A DNA stretch of 64,000 nucleotides from Thermoplasmatales archaeon SW_10_69_26 (lineage in GTDB: Archaea; Thermoplasmatota; SW-10-69-26): the NCBI GenBank assembly GCA_003009755.1, contig PXUB01000030.1, positions 1-64,000 on the forward strand, in the 5' to 3' direction. The position numbers and the translations under genes were made by a program. The notes below the pieces were generated by a model, which saw only the letters and a list, made by a program, of their open reading frames with translations, was not told where the DNA came from and searched no databases. The first letter of the stretch is position 1; each line of letters opens with the position of its first letter. Shown in pieces: positions 9,898 through 20,061 of this stretch.

Positions 9898-10401
9898 TCA
9901 GGCGAGCTCTCGCCGGTACCGCAGCCAGGCCAGCTCGCTCTCGCGCGCCCAGTCGTACGGTGCCGGTCCCTCCGCCTCGAACCCCAGCGAGGACAGCATC
10001 CCGCGCGAGGCCTCGTTCTTCGCCCACGTGACGGCGACGACCTCGCGCGCCCCGTCCTCCGCTGCCCGGTCGATCAACCGACGCCCGATCGCCTTGCCGA
10101 GCCCCTGGCCGCGCTCGAGCAGGTAAACGGCCCACCAGGCCCGGCCCTCCTCGATCGGGCCCAGACCGGCGAGACCGATCGTCTCACCCGTCCGTTGCAC
10201 GTCGAAGATGGACCAACCCTCGTCCAGCCGACGGTGCCAGAGGCCGCCGATGGTCTCCATGGCCTCCTCGGGATCGTCCCGCTCGGTCCAGCCCATGCCT
10301 CGGCGCGTCTGCGGGTCACAGAACACGGTCGAGACGAGCGCCTCGAGCTCGGTCTCACCGGCGACGGGGGCCAGCGTCAGCTCGCCTTCGTCTTCCGGCA
10401 T
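9898..10401 (-). CDS. GNAT family N-acetyltransferase (RimJ/RimL-like)
   Basis: RGQGLGK acetyl-CoA motif; NEASRGMLSSLGF. Confidence 0.85.
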   Translation of the reverse strand: MPEDEGELTLAPVAGETELEALVSTVFCDPQTRRGMGWTERDDPEEAMETIGGLWHRRLDEGWSIFDVQRTGETIGLAGLGPIEEGRAWWAVYLLERGQGLGKAIGRRLIDRAAEDGAREVVAVTWAKNEASRGMLSSLGFEAEGPAPYDWARESELAWLRYRRELA

Positions 10402-11144
10402 TGACGGCGCACGGCCTCCGCCAGCGTCAGCGCCCCCGTCGCGACCTTGCCCGCCAGCGTGCTGGAGATCGTGACGGCGCCGTCGGACTGCTTGCGGGAG
10501 CGGCGCTGGATCTCGCGGATCTCGCCCGGCGGCACGTCGATCGGCTGCTGGGTCTCCACGAGCTCGCCGGCGGTCATCGCGATTACGCGCGCGGCGACCT
10601 TGTCGCGCTCGCCAGCGACCCGCTGCCGCGGCGGCGAGCTGCTCGTCTCGTCCACGAGCTCGACCAGGTGGCCGGCCTCGAGCACGCCGTTCACGATGCG
10701 GTCGCGCAGCGTCTGGGCTCCGTGCCCGACGCGCACGACGACCTCGGCATCCTCGTACCGATCGGCCAGGGCCTTCACCTCGTCCACGACCCTCTCGGGG
10801 TCGGCGGTGGAGCGCGTGGAGATCACGTGCCCGTCGGCGATCACGGCCAGCCCGGGCCGTTCCCCGGGATCGATCCCGATGACCAGCCGACCCACGTCCT
10901 CCAGGCCCCGCAAGAGACGGATCGTCTCCTCGACCGTCGCCTGCGGCGTCGAGTGAACCACGATCCGGTCGTGGCGGACGTCACCGCGTTCCTCTGCTGT
11001 CGTGATGACGACGTCCACCTCGTCGGGGATCGGAGACCCCGGCGAGATGCTCTCGAACGCCAGCTCCTCGGCTTGGAGGCGCTGGGAGAGGTCGTGGTAG
11101 GCGGCGAAGTCCTCCGTCATCAGCGCGATGGGGGGATGCGCCAC
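10377..11144 (-). CDS. Conserved archaeal protein with YqgF/RNase H-like domain
   Basis: LVIGIDPGERPGLAV; VRVGHGA; LVDETSSS. Confidence 0.75.
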   Translation of the reverse strand: MAHPPIALMTEDFAAYHDLSQRLQAEELAFESISPGSPIPDEVDVVITTAEERGDVRHDRIVVHSTPQATVEETIRLLRGLEDVGRLVIGIDPGERPGLAVIADGHVISTRSTADPERVVDEVKALADRYEDAEVVVRVGHGAQTLRDRIVNGVLEAGHLVELVDETSSSPPRQRVAGERDKVAARVIAMTAGELVETQQPIDVPPGEIREIQRRSRKQSDGAVTISSTLAGKVATGALTLAEAVRRQCRKTKAS

Positions 11145-11272
11145 GGTACCACGATGGGTGCCCCCCTACCAAAAACCCCCTGGTCCAGGTCCCGTTCTGA
11201 CGTGCATCCGTATATAAGCGGTCGGCGTGGCTGCCGGAGAGGCTTCTTCCGGCCACGCCGCCAGCTCCAGCC

Positions 11273-11896
11273 GTGGCCGTGATCGAAACCGGGATCGAGG
11301 CCCTCGACGAGCGCCTGGACGGGCTGCCGGCCGGCACCCTCGCGCAAGTCTACGGGCCCGCGGGTTCGGGCAAGTCCTCGCTCGCCCTAACGATCGCCCG
11401 CGAGGTGACGCCCTGCTGCCTCGTCCTCGCCGAGCGGCTGCACCGTCGGCGGGTCATCGAGGTGATCGAGCCGGTGGCCGAGGAGGTGCTCGTGGCGCGG
11501 CCCGGCGACCTGGCTGCCCAGGACGAGGCCCTGCAGAAGGCCAGCGACCTGCTCGCCGCAGGGCGCGTGCGAGCCGTCGTGCTCGACAGCCTCACCTTCC
11601 TCTACCGCTTCGCTCGCGGCTCGTCGACGGACGCGCTCGCGCGGTTGTTCGACGAGCTCGGCTGGCTGCACGAGGCGGCCCGCGAGGGCGGGGGTCTGGC
11701 CCTCGTCACCAACCAGGTCAAGGGCGGCCAGGACCCCCAGCCGATCGGCGGTCCGGGGGTGCGCCACGTCAGCGACGTCATCCTGCGCCTCGAGCAAAGC
11801 GAGGGGGCCTGGCGACGACTGGAGCTGGAGAAGCACCCGTTCGAGGCGGCCGGGTGCGCCTTCGACGTCAAGGTCACGCGGAACGGGCTACGGTGA
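11273..11896 (+). CDS. radB: DNA repair/recombination protein RadB
   Basis: ETGIEALD, GPAGSGKS Walker A, VVLDSL Walker B, VTNQV; no RadA N-terminal domain; TATA-like TATATAA at about 11211. Confidence 0.82.
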   Translation: MAVIETGIEALDERLDGLPAGTLAQVYGPAGSGKSSLALTIAREVTPCCLVLAERLHRRRVIEVIEPVAEEVLVARPGDLAAQDEALQKASDLLAAGRVRAVVLDSLTFLYRFARGSSTDALARLFDELGWLHEAAREGGGLALVTNQVKGGQDPQPIGGPGVRHVSDVILRLEQSEGAWRRLELEKHPFEAAGCAFDVKVTRNGLR

Positions 11897-12046
11897 GGCT
11901 ACCGTGCGGTATCCTCCTCTCGCTGCCGCTCTGTGGAGGCTTTGTGTCTCGGTGGTTGGCTGCGTGTCCTCTGCCCATCTCTGTGCACTGCCGATTTCAC
12001 GTCGTGACGGGAACACTGATACGGGGCCCTGCCAACGGTTCACACG

Positions 12047-12730
12047 ATGCACGGGTTGGCGGTGTGGTTCGGAACGCTTGTCGCGGATGGCCCACTCGAT
12101 CGCGTCACCGAGGTCCTCGGGAGCCTCGCCGGGGGCAGCCCCGGAGGCACTACGCCTGCTCCCCCGACCGGGACCGAGGTCGTGCCCGAGCTATCGGCTG
12201 GGATCGCGCTGGCTTCGTTCGCGATGACGGCGGCGAAGAACGTGCTCGAACACGACACACGCCAGAAGATGTTCGAGTACATCTGGGAAGCCGGGGCCGT
12301 CCACCTCCGCCAGCTGGCCCAGACCCTCGATCTGTCGACGACCAACGCCACCTGGCATCTCGACAAGCTCGTCGACGCGGACCTGATCGGCGAGGTCAAG
12401 GTCAACGGCTACCGCATGTACTACCCGCGCGGAGCCGGTCGCCTGCTCCGCGAGCAGTGCCTCGTCGCCGGGCAGATCCAAAGCGAGAACGCCCGGGCCA
12501 TCATCGACTACGTCGCCGACAATCCCGGCAGCCACCAGCGCGCCATCGCTCGCGCGCTCGACGTCAACCACGGCACCGCCCGCTGGCATCTGTCCCGTCT
12601 CGAGGAGGCCGACCTGCTCGAGTCCCGTCAAGAGGGCCGCGTGACCGCCTACCGCCTCACGTCCCACGCCGAGCGCGTCCTCGACGAGCTTCCCCCCCGC
12701 CAGCTGCAAGAGGGCGTCCCGCTGGCCTGA
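12047..12730 (+). CDS. Double winged-helix transcriptional regulator (COG3398-like)
   Basis: Two HTH units: HLRQLAQTLDLSTTNATWHL and HQRAIARALDVNHGTARWHL. Confidence 0.85.
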   Translation: MHGLAVWFGTLVADGPLDRVTEVLGSLAGGSPGGTTPAPPTGTEVVPELSAGIALASFAMTAAKNVLEHDTRQKMFEYIWEAGAVHLRQLAQTLDLSTTNATWHLDKLVDADLIGEVKVNGYRMYYPRGAGRLLREQCLVAGQIQSENARAIIDYVADNPGSHQRAIARALDVNHGTARWHLSRLEEADLLESRQEGRVTAYRLTSHAERVLDELPPRQLQEGVPLA

Positions 12731-13165
12731 TCACTCGGGGCTGCCGTCCGCCGAGAGGTCGTCGCCGATCACGTGCCGCAGCCGCGAGCCCAGGCTGTCC
12801 CCGTGCGGGTCCGCGCAAGCGTCCTTCACCCAGTCGAAGATCGGCAACCGCTGGCTGTGCGCCTCGCCCTCCAGCTCGACCGCCAGGTTCTCGTCGCCCT
12901 CGACCCACTCGCCGCCCACCGACCGGATCAGGGTCTCGCCGACGTAGCCGCCGATCGACAGGTACAGGCTCGGGGTCAGGTCGTGGTCCTGCCTGTGGAC
13001 CTCCGTGAGGAACACGTCCATGAGGGGGATCGAGCCCGGATCGAAGTCCAGGTGGAGGTCGAAATCGGCCTCGACCTTGGCCACGAACAGCGACACGACC
13101 TTCCCTAGCTGGTCCACCCGGTCCTCGACGCTCGGGAGTCCCCCGCCCTGGCCCCGTTGGCTCAT
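12731..13165 (-). CDS. Hypothetical protein (DUF3806-like)
   Basis: LDFDPGSI..MD and IGGYVGETL...GGEW pattern; GC3-biased codons. Confidence 0.55.
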   Translation of the reverse strand: MSQRGQGGGLPSVEDRVDQLGKVVSLFVAKVEADFDLHLDFDPGSIPLMDVFLTEVHRQDHDLTPSLYLSIGGYVGETLIRSVGGEWVEGDENLAVELEGEAHSQRLPIFDWVKDACADPHGDSLGSRLRHVIGDDLSADGSPE

Positions 13166-13384
13166 CGAGAGGGACTCTCCAGGTTCCGTACTAAGGTCCT
13201 TGGTCACCTCCCCTCGGGGGCCGGTGACGTCCGTACGCAAGGGGGAGGAGGGTACCGGCCATCGGCCAGCGAGCAGAGCCCGGTCCGGGCGGCGCCGTCG
13301 CTGCCGCTGGGCGGGGGATCGACGCCGGAGGGAGGAGAGGAAGACGCGGGGCCGGCCCCCGCGTGCAGGACGGATGGACCCCGA

Positions 13385-14149
13385 TCAGGCCGCCGCGGCC
13401 CCGGTCTCGGCGCCGTCGGGGACGGCCTCGGCATCCGGCTTCCCGATCACGTTGGCGCCCAGGTCCGTCAGGTAGTACTGGTTGGAGTTCTCGCGCTTGA
13501 TCTCCATCAGCAGATCCGTCTTCAGCATCTTGCGCAAGTGCCAGCGGACCGTCCCGTGGTTCACATCGAGGGCACGGGCGATCTGGCGCTGGTGGGCGCC
13601 CGGCTCGGTGGCCACGTACTCGAGGACCGCCTGGGCGTTGTCGTTGCGCAGCACCGCGCTGGCCATCGCCTCACGCTTGGAGTCCTGACCGCCCTCGACC
13701 GGGTAGAACACCTTGTAGCCCTCCAGCTTCTTGCCGCGGACGAGATCGGCGTCCTCCAGCTTACGCAGGTGCCATAGCACGTTCGTCGTCGACAGATCCA
13801 GCTCGTCGGCGATCGCCCGCAAGTGCAGCCCCGGTTTGTCGTTCAACAGCTCGAAGATCCCGTTGCGGGTCTCGTTCTCGAGGACGTTCTCCCGCGTGAC
13901 GAACTTCGCTCCCCCGCGGAACGCCAACCACGCCCCCAACCCGGCGACGGCGGCGCCCGCGAGGGCGCCCATGCCGAAGGCCGGATCGGACACCACATCC
14001 ACTGGATCGGCCGGCAGCGGACCGGGTCCGTCGCTGCCGACACCGCCGTCGACTCCGGTGTCCGTCCCCGGTTCCGCGACCGCGACCGTCGCGAGTCCCA
14101 CGACCGCCAAGATGACCATTACCGACGCGAGCCTGCGCATCATCCACAC
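13385..14149 (-). CDS. Membrane-anchored double winged-helix transcriptional regulator (COG3398-like)
   Basis: Signal peptide, linker and TM, then two HTH units paralogous to 12047..12730. Confidence 0.85.
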   Translation of the reverse strand: MWMMRRLASVMVILAVVGLATVAVAEPGTDTGVDGGVGSDGPGPLPADPVDVVSDPAFGMGALAGAAVAGLGAWLAFRGGAKFVTRENVLENETRNGIFELLNDKPGLHLRAIADELDLSTTNVLWHLRKLEDADLVRGKKLEGYKVFYPVEGGQDSKREAMASAVLRNDNAQAVLEYVATEPGAHQRQIARALDVNHGTVRWHLRKMLKTDLLMEIKRENSNQYYLTDLGANVIGKPDAEAVPDGAETGAAAA

Positions 14150-14310
14150 TCCCCCACCCCCCCTTTCTTAAGGCTTGCCGCACCGCACGGATGCCCAGTT
14201 CCGCGACCGAGGATCGGCCTGCGTCGGCTCGGCCCGCCCCCGGGGCCCTGGGGTCGGTTCGGGGCTTCTCGACGCAGCCTTTAGAACCCCCTCCCCCTTA
14301 ACGCGAGACG

Positions 14311-16497
14311 GTGCGGATCGCAGACCTTCCCCTGGACCCCGAGATCCAGGACGTCTTCCAGACGGCCGGCTTCGACGAGCTGTACCCCAGCCAGGTCGAG
14401 GCCGCCCCGCTCGCGTGCGAGGGGAACAGCGTCGTGTGCGCTGTCCCGACGGCCAGCGGCAAGACGCTGGTCGCCCAGATGGCGCTGTTGCAGCAAGCCA
14501 TGCAGGGCCGCAAAGGCATCTACATCGTGCCGCTGCGCGCCCTCGCCAGCGAGAAGCACCGCGAGCTGGAGGAGCTGGCCGAGCCGCTGGGCCTGAACGT
14601 CCGCCTGGCGATGGGCGACCTCGACGGTCCCACGCCCGACCTGGGCGACTTCGACGTCCTCGTGTGCACGAGCGAGAAGGCCGACTCGCTGCTGCGCTCG
14701 CGCTCGCACTGGCTCGACAAGCTCGGCTGCGTTGTAGCCGACGAGGTCCACCTGTTGCACGACCCCTCGCGCGGCCCGACGCTCGAGGTCCTGTTGACCC
14801 GGTTCCGCCACCTGATGCCCGACGCCCAGATCGTGGCCCTGTCCGCGACGGTCGAGAACAGCGTCGAGATCGCCGAGTGGCTCGACGCCGAGCACGTCAA
14901 ATCCGACTGGCGGCCCGTCGACCTCAAAGAGGGCGTGCTGCACGACGGCGAGATCTGGTTCACCGACGACAGCACGCGCGAGGTCCCCGCGAAGACCGAC
15001 CAGCTCGACGCCCTCGTCCAGGACACGCTCGACGAGGGCGGCCAGATCATCACGTTCGTCAACTCGCGCAAGCGCGCCGAGAGCGTCGCCGAACGCATCG
15101 GACCCCTCGTCCAAGAGCACCTCGACGCCGACAACGTGCAGGAGCTCACGGACGCGGCGGGCCGGCTGCGCGCCGGCCGCACCGATCCCGGCCAGGAACG
15201 CCTGGCCGAGATGATCGGCCAAGGCTCGGCCTTCCACCACGCCGGCCTCGACAACGACGACCGCACGCTCGTCGAGGATCGGTTCCTCGACCAGCACCTG
15301 CGCTTCGTCGCCGCCACGCCGACGCTGGCGGCCGGCCTCAACATGCCCGCCCGTCGCGTCGTCATCCTGGATCTGGACCGCTACGAGTCCAACCGCGGCC
15401 GCGTGCCGATCCCGGTGCTCGAGTACAAGCAGATGGCCGGCCGCGCCGGACGGCCCCAGTACGACCCCTACGGCGAGGCCGTCACGGTCGCCGACACGAT
15501 GGACCGCCGCGAGGAGATCCAGTTCCGCTACCTGTTGGCCGACCCCGAGGCGATCGAGTCCAAGCTCGCCCAGGACTGGGCGCTGCGCGTCCACATCCTG
15601 GCCACGATCGCCAGCGGGTACGCCAGCACCGAGCAGGGCGTCCACGAGTTCGTCAAACGCACCTTCTACGCGCAGCAATCCGAGTCCTGGACCATCGAGC
15701 ACCGCGTCGAGAAGACGCTGGACTTCCTGCGGGAGGAGAGCTTCGTCGAGGAGGACGACGGCCTCGAGGCCACCCGCTTCGGCTCGCTCACCTCCGAGCT
15801 GTACATCGACCCGGCCAGCGCCGTCATCCTGCGCCAGGGCGTCGAAGCCGCCCCCGTCGACCCGCATCCGATGCAGCTGTTGCACACCGTGTGCGCCACG
15901 CCCGACATGAACAACCTCTACATGCGGCGCTCGGACGTCGGTATCGAGGAGCGAGCCGTCGAGCTCGAGGACAAGGTGCTCGTGCCCTACCACGAGCGCG
16001 CCAGCTTCGAGGAGTATTGCTCGGAGGTCAAGACGGCGATGCTCCTCCACGACTGGATCGAGGAGAAGACCAACGAGCAGCTGTACGAGCGCTACGGCGC
16101 CTACAGCGGCGACGTCAACTACCGCGTCCAGGACACGCGCTGGCTGCTGCAGGCTGCTCAGGACCTGGCTCGGTTGTTCAACGACGACGCCGAGCGCCCG
16201 ATCCACAAGCTCTCCTTGCGGGTCCGCCACGGCGCCAAGCAACAGCTGCTCCCGCTGCTCGAGCTCGAGGGCCTGGGGCGCTACCGCGCCCGGCAACTGT
16301 ACAAACACGGCGTCAAGGACAAGGCCGACCTCACGGAGGCCGAGGCCCAACAGCTCGTCAACATCCGAGGCCTGGGGCCCAAGATCGTCGAACGCATCAA
16401 ACGCCAGCTCGGCGAGGACGTCGGCGAGATGCCCGAACCCGACCGCGAACAGCCCGAGATGGAGGGGCAGATGCACCTTGGCCACTACGACGAGTGA
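14311..16497 (+). CDS. hel308: Ski2-like DNA helicase Hel308/Hjm
   Basis: PTASGKT, DEVH, SAT, HHAGL, QMAGRAGRP, C-terminal HhH; adjacent to cgi121. Confidence 0.95.
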   Translation: MRIADLPLDPEIQDVFQTAGFDELYPSQVEAAPLACEGNSVVCAVPTASGKTLVAQMALLQQAMQGRKGIYIVPLRALASEKHRELEELAEPLGLNVRLAMGDLDGPTPDLGDFDVLVCTSEKADSLLRSRSHWLDKLGCVVADEVHLLHDPSRGPTLEVLLTRFRHLMPDAQIVALSATVENSVEIAEWLDAEHVKSDWRPVDLKEGVLHDGEIWFTDDSTREVPAKTDQLDALVQDTLDEGGQIITFVNSRKRAESVAERIGPLVQEHLDADNVQELTDAAGRLRAGRTDPGQERLAEMIGQGSAFHHAGLDNDDRTLVEDRFLDQHLRFVAATPTLAAGLNMPARRVVILDLDRYESNRGRVPIPVLEYKQMAGRAGRPQYDPYGEAVTVADTMDRREEIQFRYLLADPEAIESKLAQDWALRVHILATIASGYASTEQGVHEFVKRTFYAQQSESWTIEHRVEKTLDFLREESFVEEDDGLEATRFGSLTSELYIDPASAVILRQGVEAAPVDPHPMQLLHTVCATPDMNNLYMRRSDVGIEERAVELEDKVLVPYHERASFEEYCSEVKTAMLLHDWIEEKTNEQLYERYGAYSGDVNYRVQDTRWLLQAAQDLARLFNDDAERPIHKLSLRVRHGAKQQLLPLLELEGLGRYRARQLYKHGVKDKADLTEAEAQQLVNIRGLGPKIVERIKRQLGEDVGEMPEPDREQPEMEGQMHLGHYDE

Positions 16498-16752
16498 CCC
16501 TCGCGCTGGCCGCCCGAGGAAGGAAAGGGACGACGATCAGCGAGGGACGAACGCGTTCGAGGGGGAGGACGACAGCGCCGGCCAGCCCTTCGGGCGCCGA
16601 CCTGAGGCGGGCGATCTCGGTGTCGCCGTCCGTCGGCAACCTGGGGTTGCCTTCCTCCGCCTCCTTGAGCTCACCTCGCTCAGCCCGCCGCGCGGAGGTC
16701 ACTCGGCTGTGAGGGACGCGGCCGCCAACGGAACGCTCGACGCAGGAGGACG

Positions 16753-17310
16753 ATGGAGATGACGGTGGAACCGATGGGCCAACTCGATCCGCTCGCCGAC
16801 GAGATCGACACCCCGATCGTCGTCCAAGGTGCCCGCGGCACCGTCGAGCGCCCAGATCTCATCGATGCGCTGGCTCGCGCCAGCGGCGAGCACGCGGCCG
16901 ACCTGCAGGCGTTCGCGCCCGAGACCGTGTACGGCGCCGCCCACCTGGAAGCCGCCGCACGGCGCGCTCTGCGAGCCCACGAGCAGGACCGCGCGATCGC
17001 CCGCGATCTGGCCGTCGAGGTGGCCTGCTATGCTGCCGGCACCGACCAGATCGACGACGCCCTCGCCGCCGTCGGCGTGCCGGCCGAGGCTCGAGCGGTG
17101 GCGATCTGCAGCCTCGGCCAGGCGGCCGAGCCGGCGCTCGAGCAAGCCCTCGCCGAGCTCGGACTCGAACGCGACGACAGCGTCGTCCAGCGCGAGGAGC
17201 AGGCCCTGGCCACGATCGGCATCAGCGAGCCCATGCGCGAGCACGTGCCAGAGGACGAATGGGGAGATCTGGCAATCGAGCAGGTGGCGCTGCTCGACGC
17301 CGAGCGGTGA
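16753..17310 (+). CDS. cgi121: KEOPS complex subunit Cgi121
   Basis: AIARDLAVEVACYAAGTDQIDDAL; ends EQVALLD; conserved position after hel308. Confidence 0.88.
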   Translation: MEMTVEPMGQLDPLADEIDTPIVVQGARGTVERPDLIDALARASGEHAADLQAFAPETVYGAAHLEAAARRALRAHEQDRAIARDLAVEVACYAAGTDQIDDALAAVGVPAEARAVAICSLGQAAEPALEQALAELGLERDDSVVQREEQALATIGISEPMREHVPEDEWGDLAIEQVALLDAER

Positions 17311-17715
17311 CGCTGGCGCGGGCACGGTGGACGCTGGGCACACACAGCCACAGCGGCTCGCAGGCACAGAGGAGGAAGGAACCCAGGGAAGACTGGGCAG
17401 ATGGAGGCCAGATCGGGGCCCGTCGAGAGGGACGTCCAGCAGGTCGTGGTAGGGCTCAGGGGCCCCTCGCTTGCCCCCCCGGGGCTGGCCGACGCAGGCC
17501 TGTCCGTTCAGCCGCTGGCTCCCGCGCCGATCCGTCGAGCTGTCCTCTCCTCCTCTCGCCCGGCCTCCTTCCCCCGCGAAGCTTTCGGCTTCCCTCGGAT
17601 CGCCGGGCGGGGTCCTCTGTCGCCGTGCTCGCTTCCCCGTTGCCCTTCCCGCATCTGCGCCTCAGGGTCGCTCTGGGCCTCTGTGAGCTCTAACCGTCAG
17701 CGCCCGTGGCGGGGC

Positions 17716-18159
17716 CTATTCCTCGCGGATGTCGCCGAAGCCGTCCTCGATCTCGTCCCCGGCGACGTCACCGACCGTGGCCTCGCCGGTGTCTTCACCA
17801 CCGTCGGGCGGCCACGAGCTGGGCACGTCGCCTTCGGTGTCGGCCTCGTCGGGCTCCGTGAGCGTGTACCGCAGGCCGAACCAGAACAGCTTGGTGCTGC
17901 CGAGGGCGTCGGTGAACTCCAGCTCCTCACCCTCGGCGTCCCGCCAGGCGCGGGCGGCCTTCGTCAACAGCTTGTTGTCCTCGGCCGGAGCCACGTGCAC
18001 GGGTTCGACCCGATCCACGTTGCCCTCTCCGATCTGGGCGAGCACCCGCTCGGTCACGACCTGCCGGATCTCCGGGATGTCGAGGACGTGCGTGTGGTTG
18101 ACGATCTTGCCGATCTCGAGGTCCGGCTCGGTGGTCACGCCGGGGACGTGAGCCGGCAT
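17716..18159 (-). CDS. Hypothetical acidic protein
   Basis: Coding-like codon bias; acidic tail; directly downstream of the S8 lipoprotein gene. Confidence 0.6.
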   Translation of the reverse strand: MPAHVPGVTTEPDLEIGKIVNHTHVLDIPEIRQVVTERVLAQIGEGNVDRVEPVHVAPAEDNKLLTKAARAWRDAEGEELEFTDALGSTKLFWFGLRYTLTEPDEADTEGDVPSSWPPDGGEDTGEATVGDVAGDEIEDGFGDIREE

Positions 18160-18225
18160 CAAGCAAAAGGGTTCGGGTGCCCCGGGACGTGGGCCCGGGG
18201 CCCGAGGGCCGATCGGCCCCTCGGT

Positions 18226-19881
18226 CTACGTGCCGGGGTCCTGCACGGCGTCGCGAGCCGTCTTCTCCGTGGCGAAGTACTCGTCCACGTCGCTTCGGTC
18301 CGGCTCGGCCGCCTTGCCCTCCAGCACGGCGAGGGCATCCTGCAGCGCGGCCGGCGTCGCGCCGCCGTAACCGACGACCGGGTACGCGGGCGCGTCGTCG
18401 GGCAGCTCCTTCCACGTGACCGGCGAGGTCACGCAGCCGGGGCAGTACGGGTTGCCGGCCGGGCCCCAGCGCTCGGATTCCCGTTGGCCCTCCTCGGTCG
18501 AGGCCTCGCCCGTCCAGTGGGTGTCGCCGTCGTGGCGGCCCTCGCTCGGGCGCGGCTCGGCGGTGTGCTTCACCAGCTTGCGGAGCTCGTCCAGGGTCAG
18601 GTCCCCGTCCTCGATCGGGCCGTCGACCGCCGCGCCGACGGAGCCCTCCGCGATCACGCCGTCCTCGACGCCGAGGCTCGCGTCGTCGAGCACGGTGCGC
18701 GCCTCCTGGACGAGGCGAGCGCCGATCCCGGCGGCGTACGGGGACGAGGCCGACGTGCAGCAAGCAAACGGCGTCGGGCCCGCGCCCTCGAGCTCGGTCG
18801 GACCGGCGGCGAGGCCGCGGTAGCCGTCGGCGACGAGGTGCGGGGGCGTGCCCTGCCAGTGGGCGACGTGCCCGTTGTCGTGAGCGCCGACCCAGACCAC
18901 GTTCTCGCGCAGCGTCGGCTGGATCTGCGTCGGCCAGGGCGTGAACCCGAAGAAGCCGCCGGCGCCGTTGCCGGAGGCGAAGTAGACGAGGTGCTCGTCG
19001 GCCGCCTGCTCGATCTGCTCGGCCCCCTCCGAGCTGCGCGCGCTGTTCACCGGTTCGGGGACGAGCGAGCCCCAAGAGTTGGTCTGGACGTCGATCCAGT
19101 CCTGCTCGGCGGCCCACGCGACCTGCTCGCCGCCGGAGCTCTCGACCGAGACGATCCGGCAGTCCGGGCAAAGCGAGGTCCCCTCGCCAGCGAGGCGCGA
19201 GGCCGTCATCGTCCCGTGGCCGTGATCGTCGAGGATCGGCGTCTCCTCGCAGCGAGGTCCGTCGCCGCCCTGCGGATCGTTCACGTACGAAGCCGGCGCG
19301 GGCTCCACCGGCGGGCAGAACGTGCCGCCGTCGCCGGCCGAGATGGCGCCCACGATGCGCGTGCCCGGCACCCAGTACAACTGGTCCTCGGTCACGTTCT
19401 CCCAGACGTCGCTGTCGGCCTCGACGGCCTCCTCCCACGAGTCGGCGTCCAGCGTCAGGTTCAACGCCTGCGCGTCCTCGGGGTAGCCATCGATGTACTC
19501 GCTGGGGTGCGTGTACGCCAGCTCGGAGTCCTCGCGGAAGACCTCGTGGTAGGGGTTGATGCCCGTGTCGATGTGAGCCGCGACCGCCAGCGGTCGAGCC
19601 GCCGGGCCCTCGTCGGCGCCGGCCACCGAGCCGGTCCCGTTGCCACCATCGCCAGCCGTCTGCTCGTCGGTCTCGTTGCCGCTTGCCTGCGAGGGCGAGC
19701 CCTCGTCGGCGTCTCCGTCGTCGGAGCCGCTGTCGGCCTCGCCACCGTCGTCGGCGGCGTCCGATGCAGGATCGACGTCGTCCGAGGCTTGAGGGTCGAG
19801 CTGCTCGCCACCGTCGATGCAACCGGCCATCAGGCCGGCGCCGGCGACCAACGCGACCGCGAGGAGGAGTTCCGGGCGCAC
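18226..19881 (-). CDS. S8 subtilisin-like serine peptidase lipoprotein
   Basis: MAGC lipobox; IDTG (Asp), HGHGTMTAS (His), ASGNG oxyanion, CTSASSP (Ser). Confidence 0.85.
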   Translation of the reverse strand: MRPELLLAVALVAGAGLMAGCIDGGEQLDPQASDDVDPASDAADDGGEADSGSDDGDADEGSPSQASGNETDEQTAGDGGNGTGSVAGADEGPAARPLAVAAHIDTGINPYHEVFREDSELAYTHPSEYIDGYPEDAQALNLTLDADSWEEAVEADSDVWENVTEDQLYWVPGTRIVGAISAGDGGTFCPPVEPAPASYVNDPQGGDGPRCEETPILDDHGHGTMTASRLAGEGTSLCPDCRIVSVESSGGEQVAWAAEQDWIDVQTNSWGSLVPEPVNSARSSEGAEQIEQAADEHLVYFASGNGAGGFFGFTPWPTQIQPTLRENVVWVGAHDNGHVAHWQGTPPHLVADGYRGLAAGPTELEGAGPTPFACCTSASSPYAAGIGARLVQEARTVLDDASLGVEDGVIAEGSVGAAVDGPIEDGDLTLDELRKLVKHTAEPRPSEGRHDGDTHWTGEASTEEGQRESERWGPAGNPYCPGCVTSPVTWKELPDDAPAYPVVGYGGATPAALQDALAVLEGKAAEPDRSDVDEYFATEKTARDAVQDPGT

Positions 19882-20061
19882 GCCCCCGAAGCGGAACCAG
19901 GGCCTCGTAAACGTTTGCCTCCCCCGGTGGGTGAACGAACGGTCGACGGGGGAGGGGAGGAGGGCAGCGGGCGGGCGAGGTGAGCGCCGGGGCGCGGTCG
20001 TGGGAGGGGACGAGAGGTGGAGGAAACGAGGGAACAGAGGTGGCACCAACGTGAGGCTGAG

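Noticed and set aside
16497-16752. Small gene or RNA between hel308 and cgi121
   Set aside because: No convincing codon bias or distinctive structure
17365-17685. SRP (7S) RNA
   Set aside because: Helix-8 motif (GCCAGG..GGAA..AGCA) and Alu domain not found on either strand
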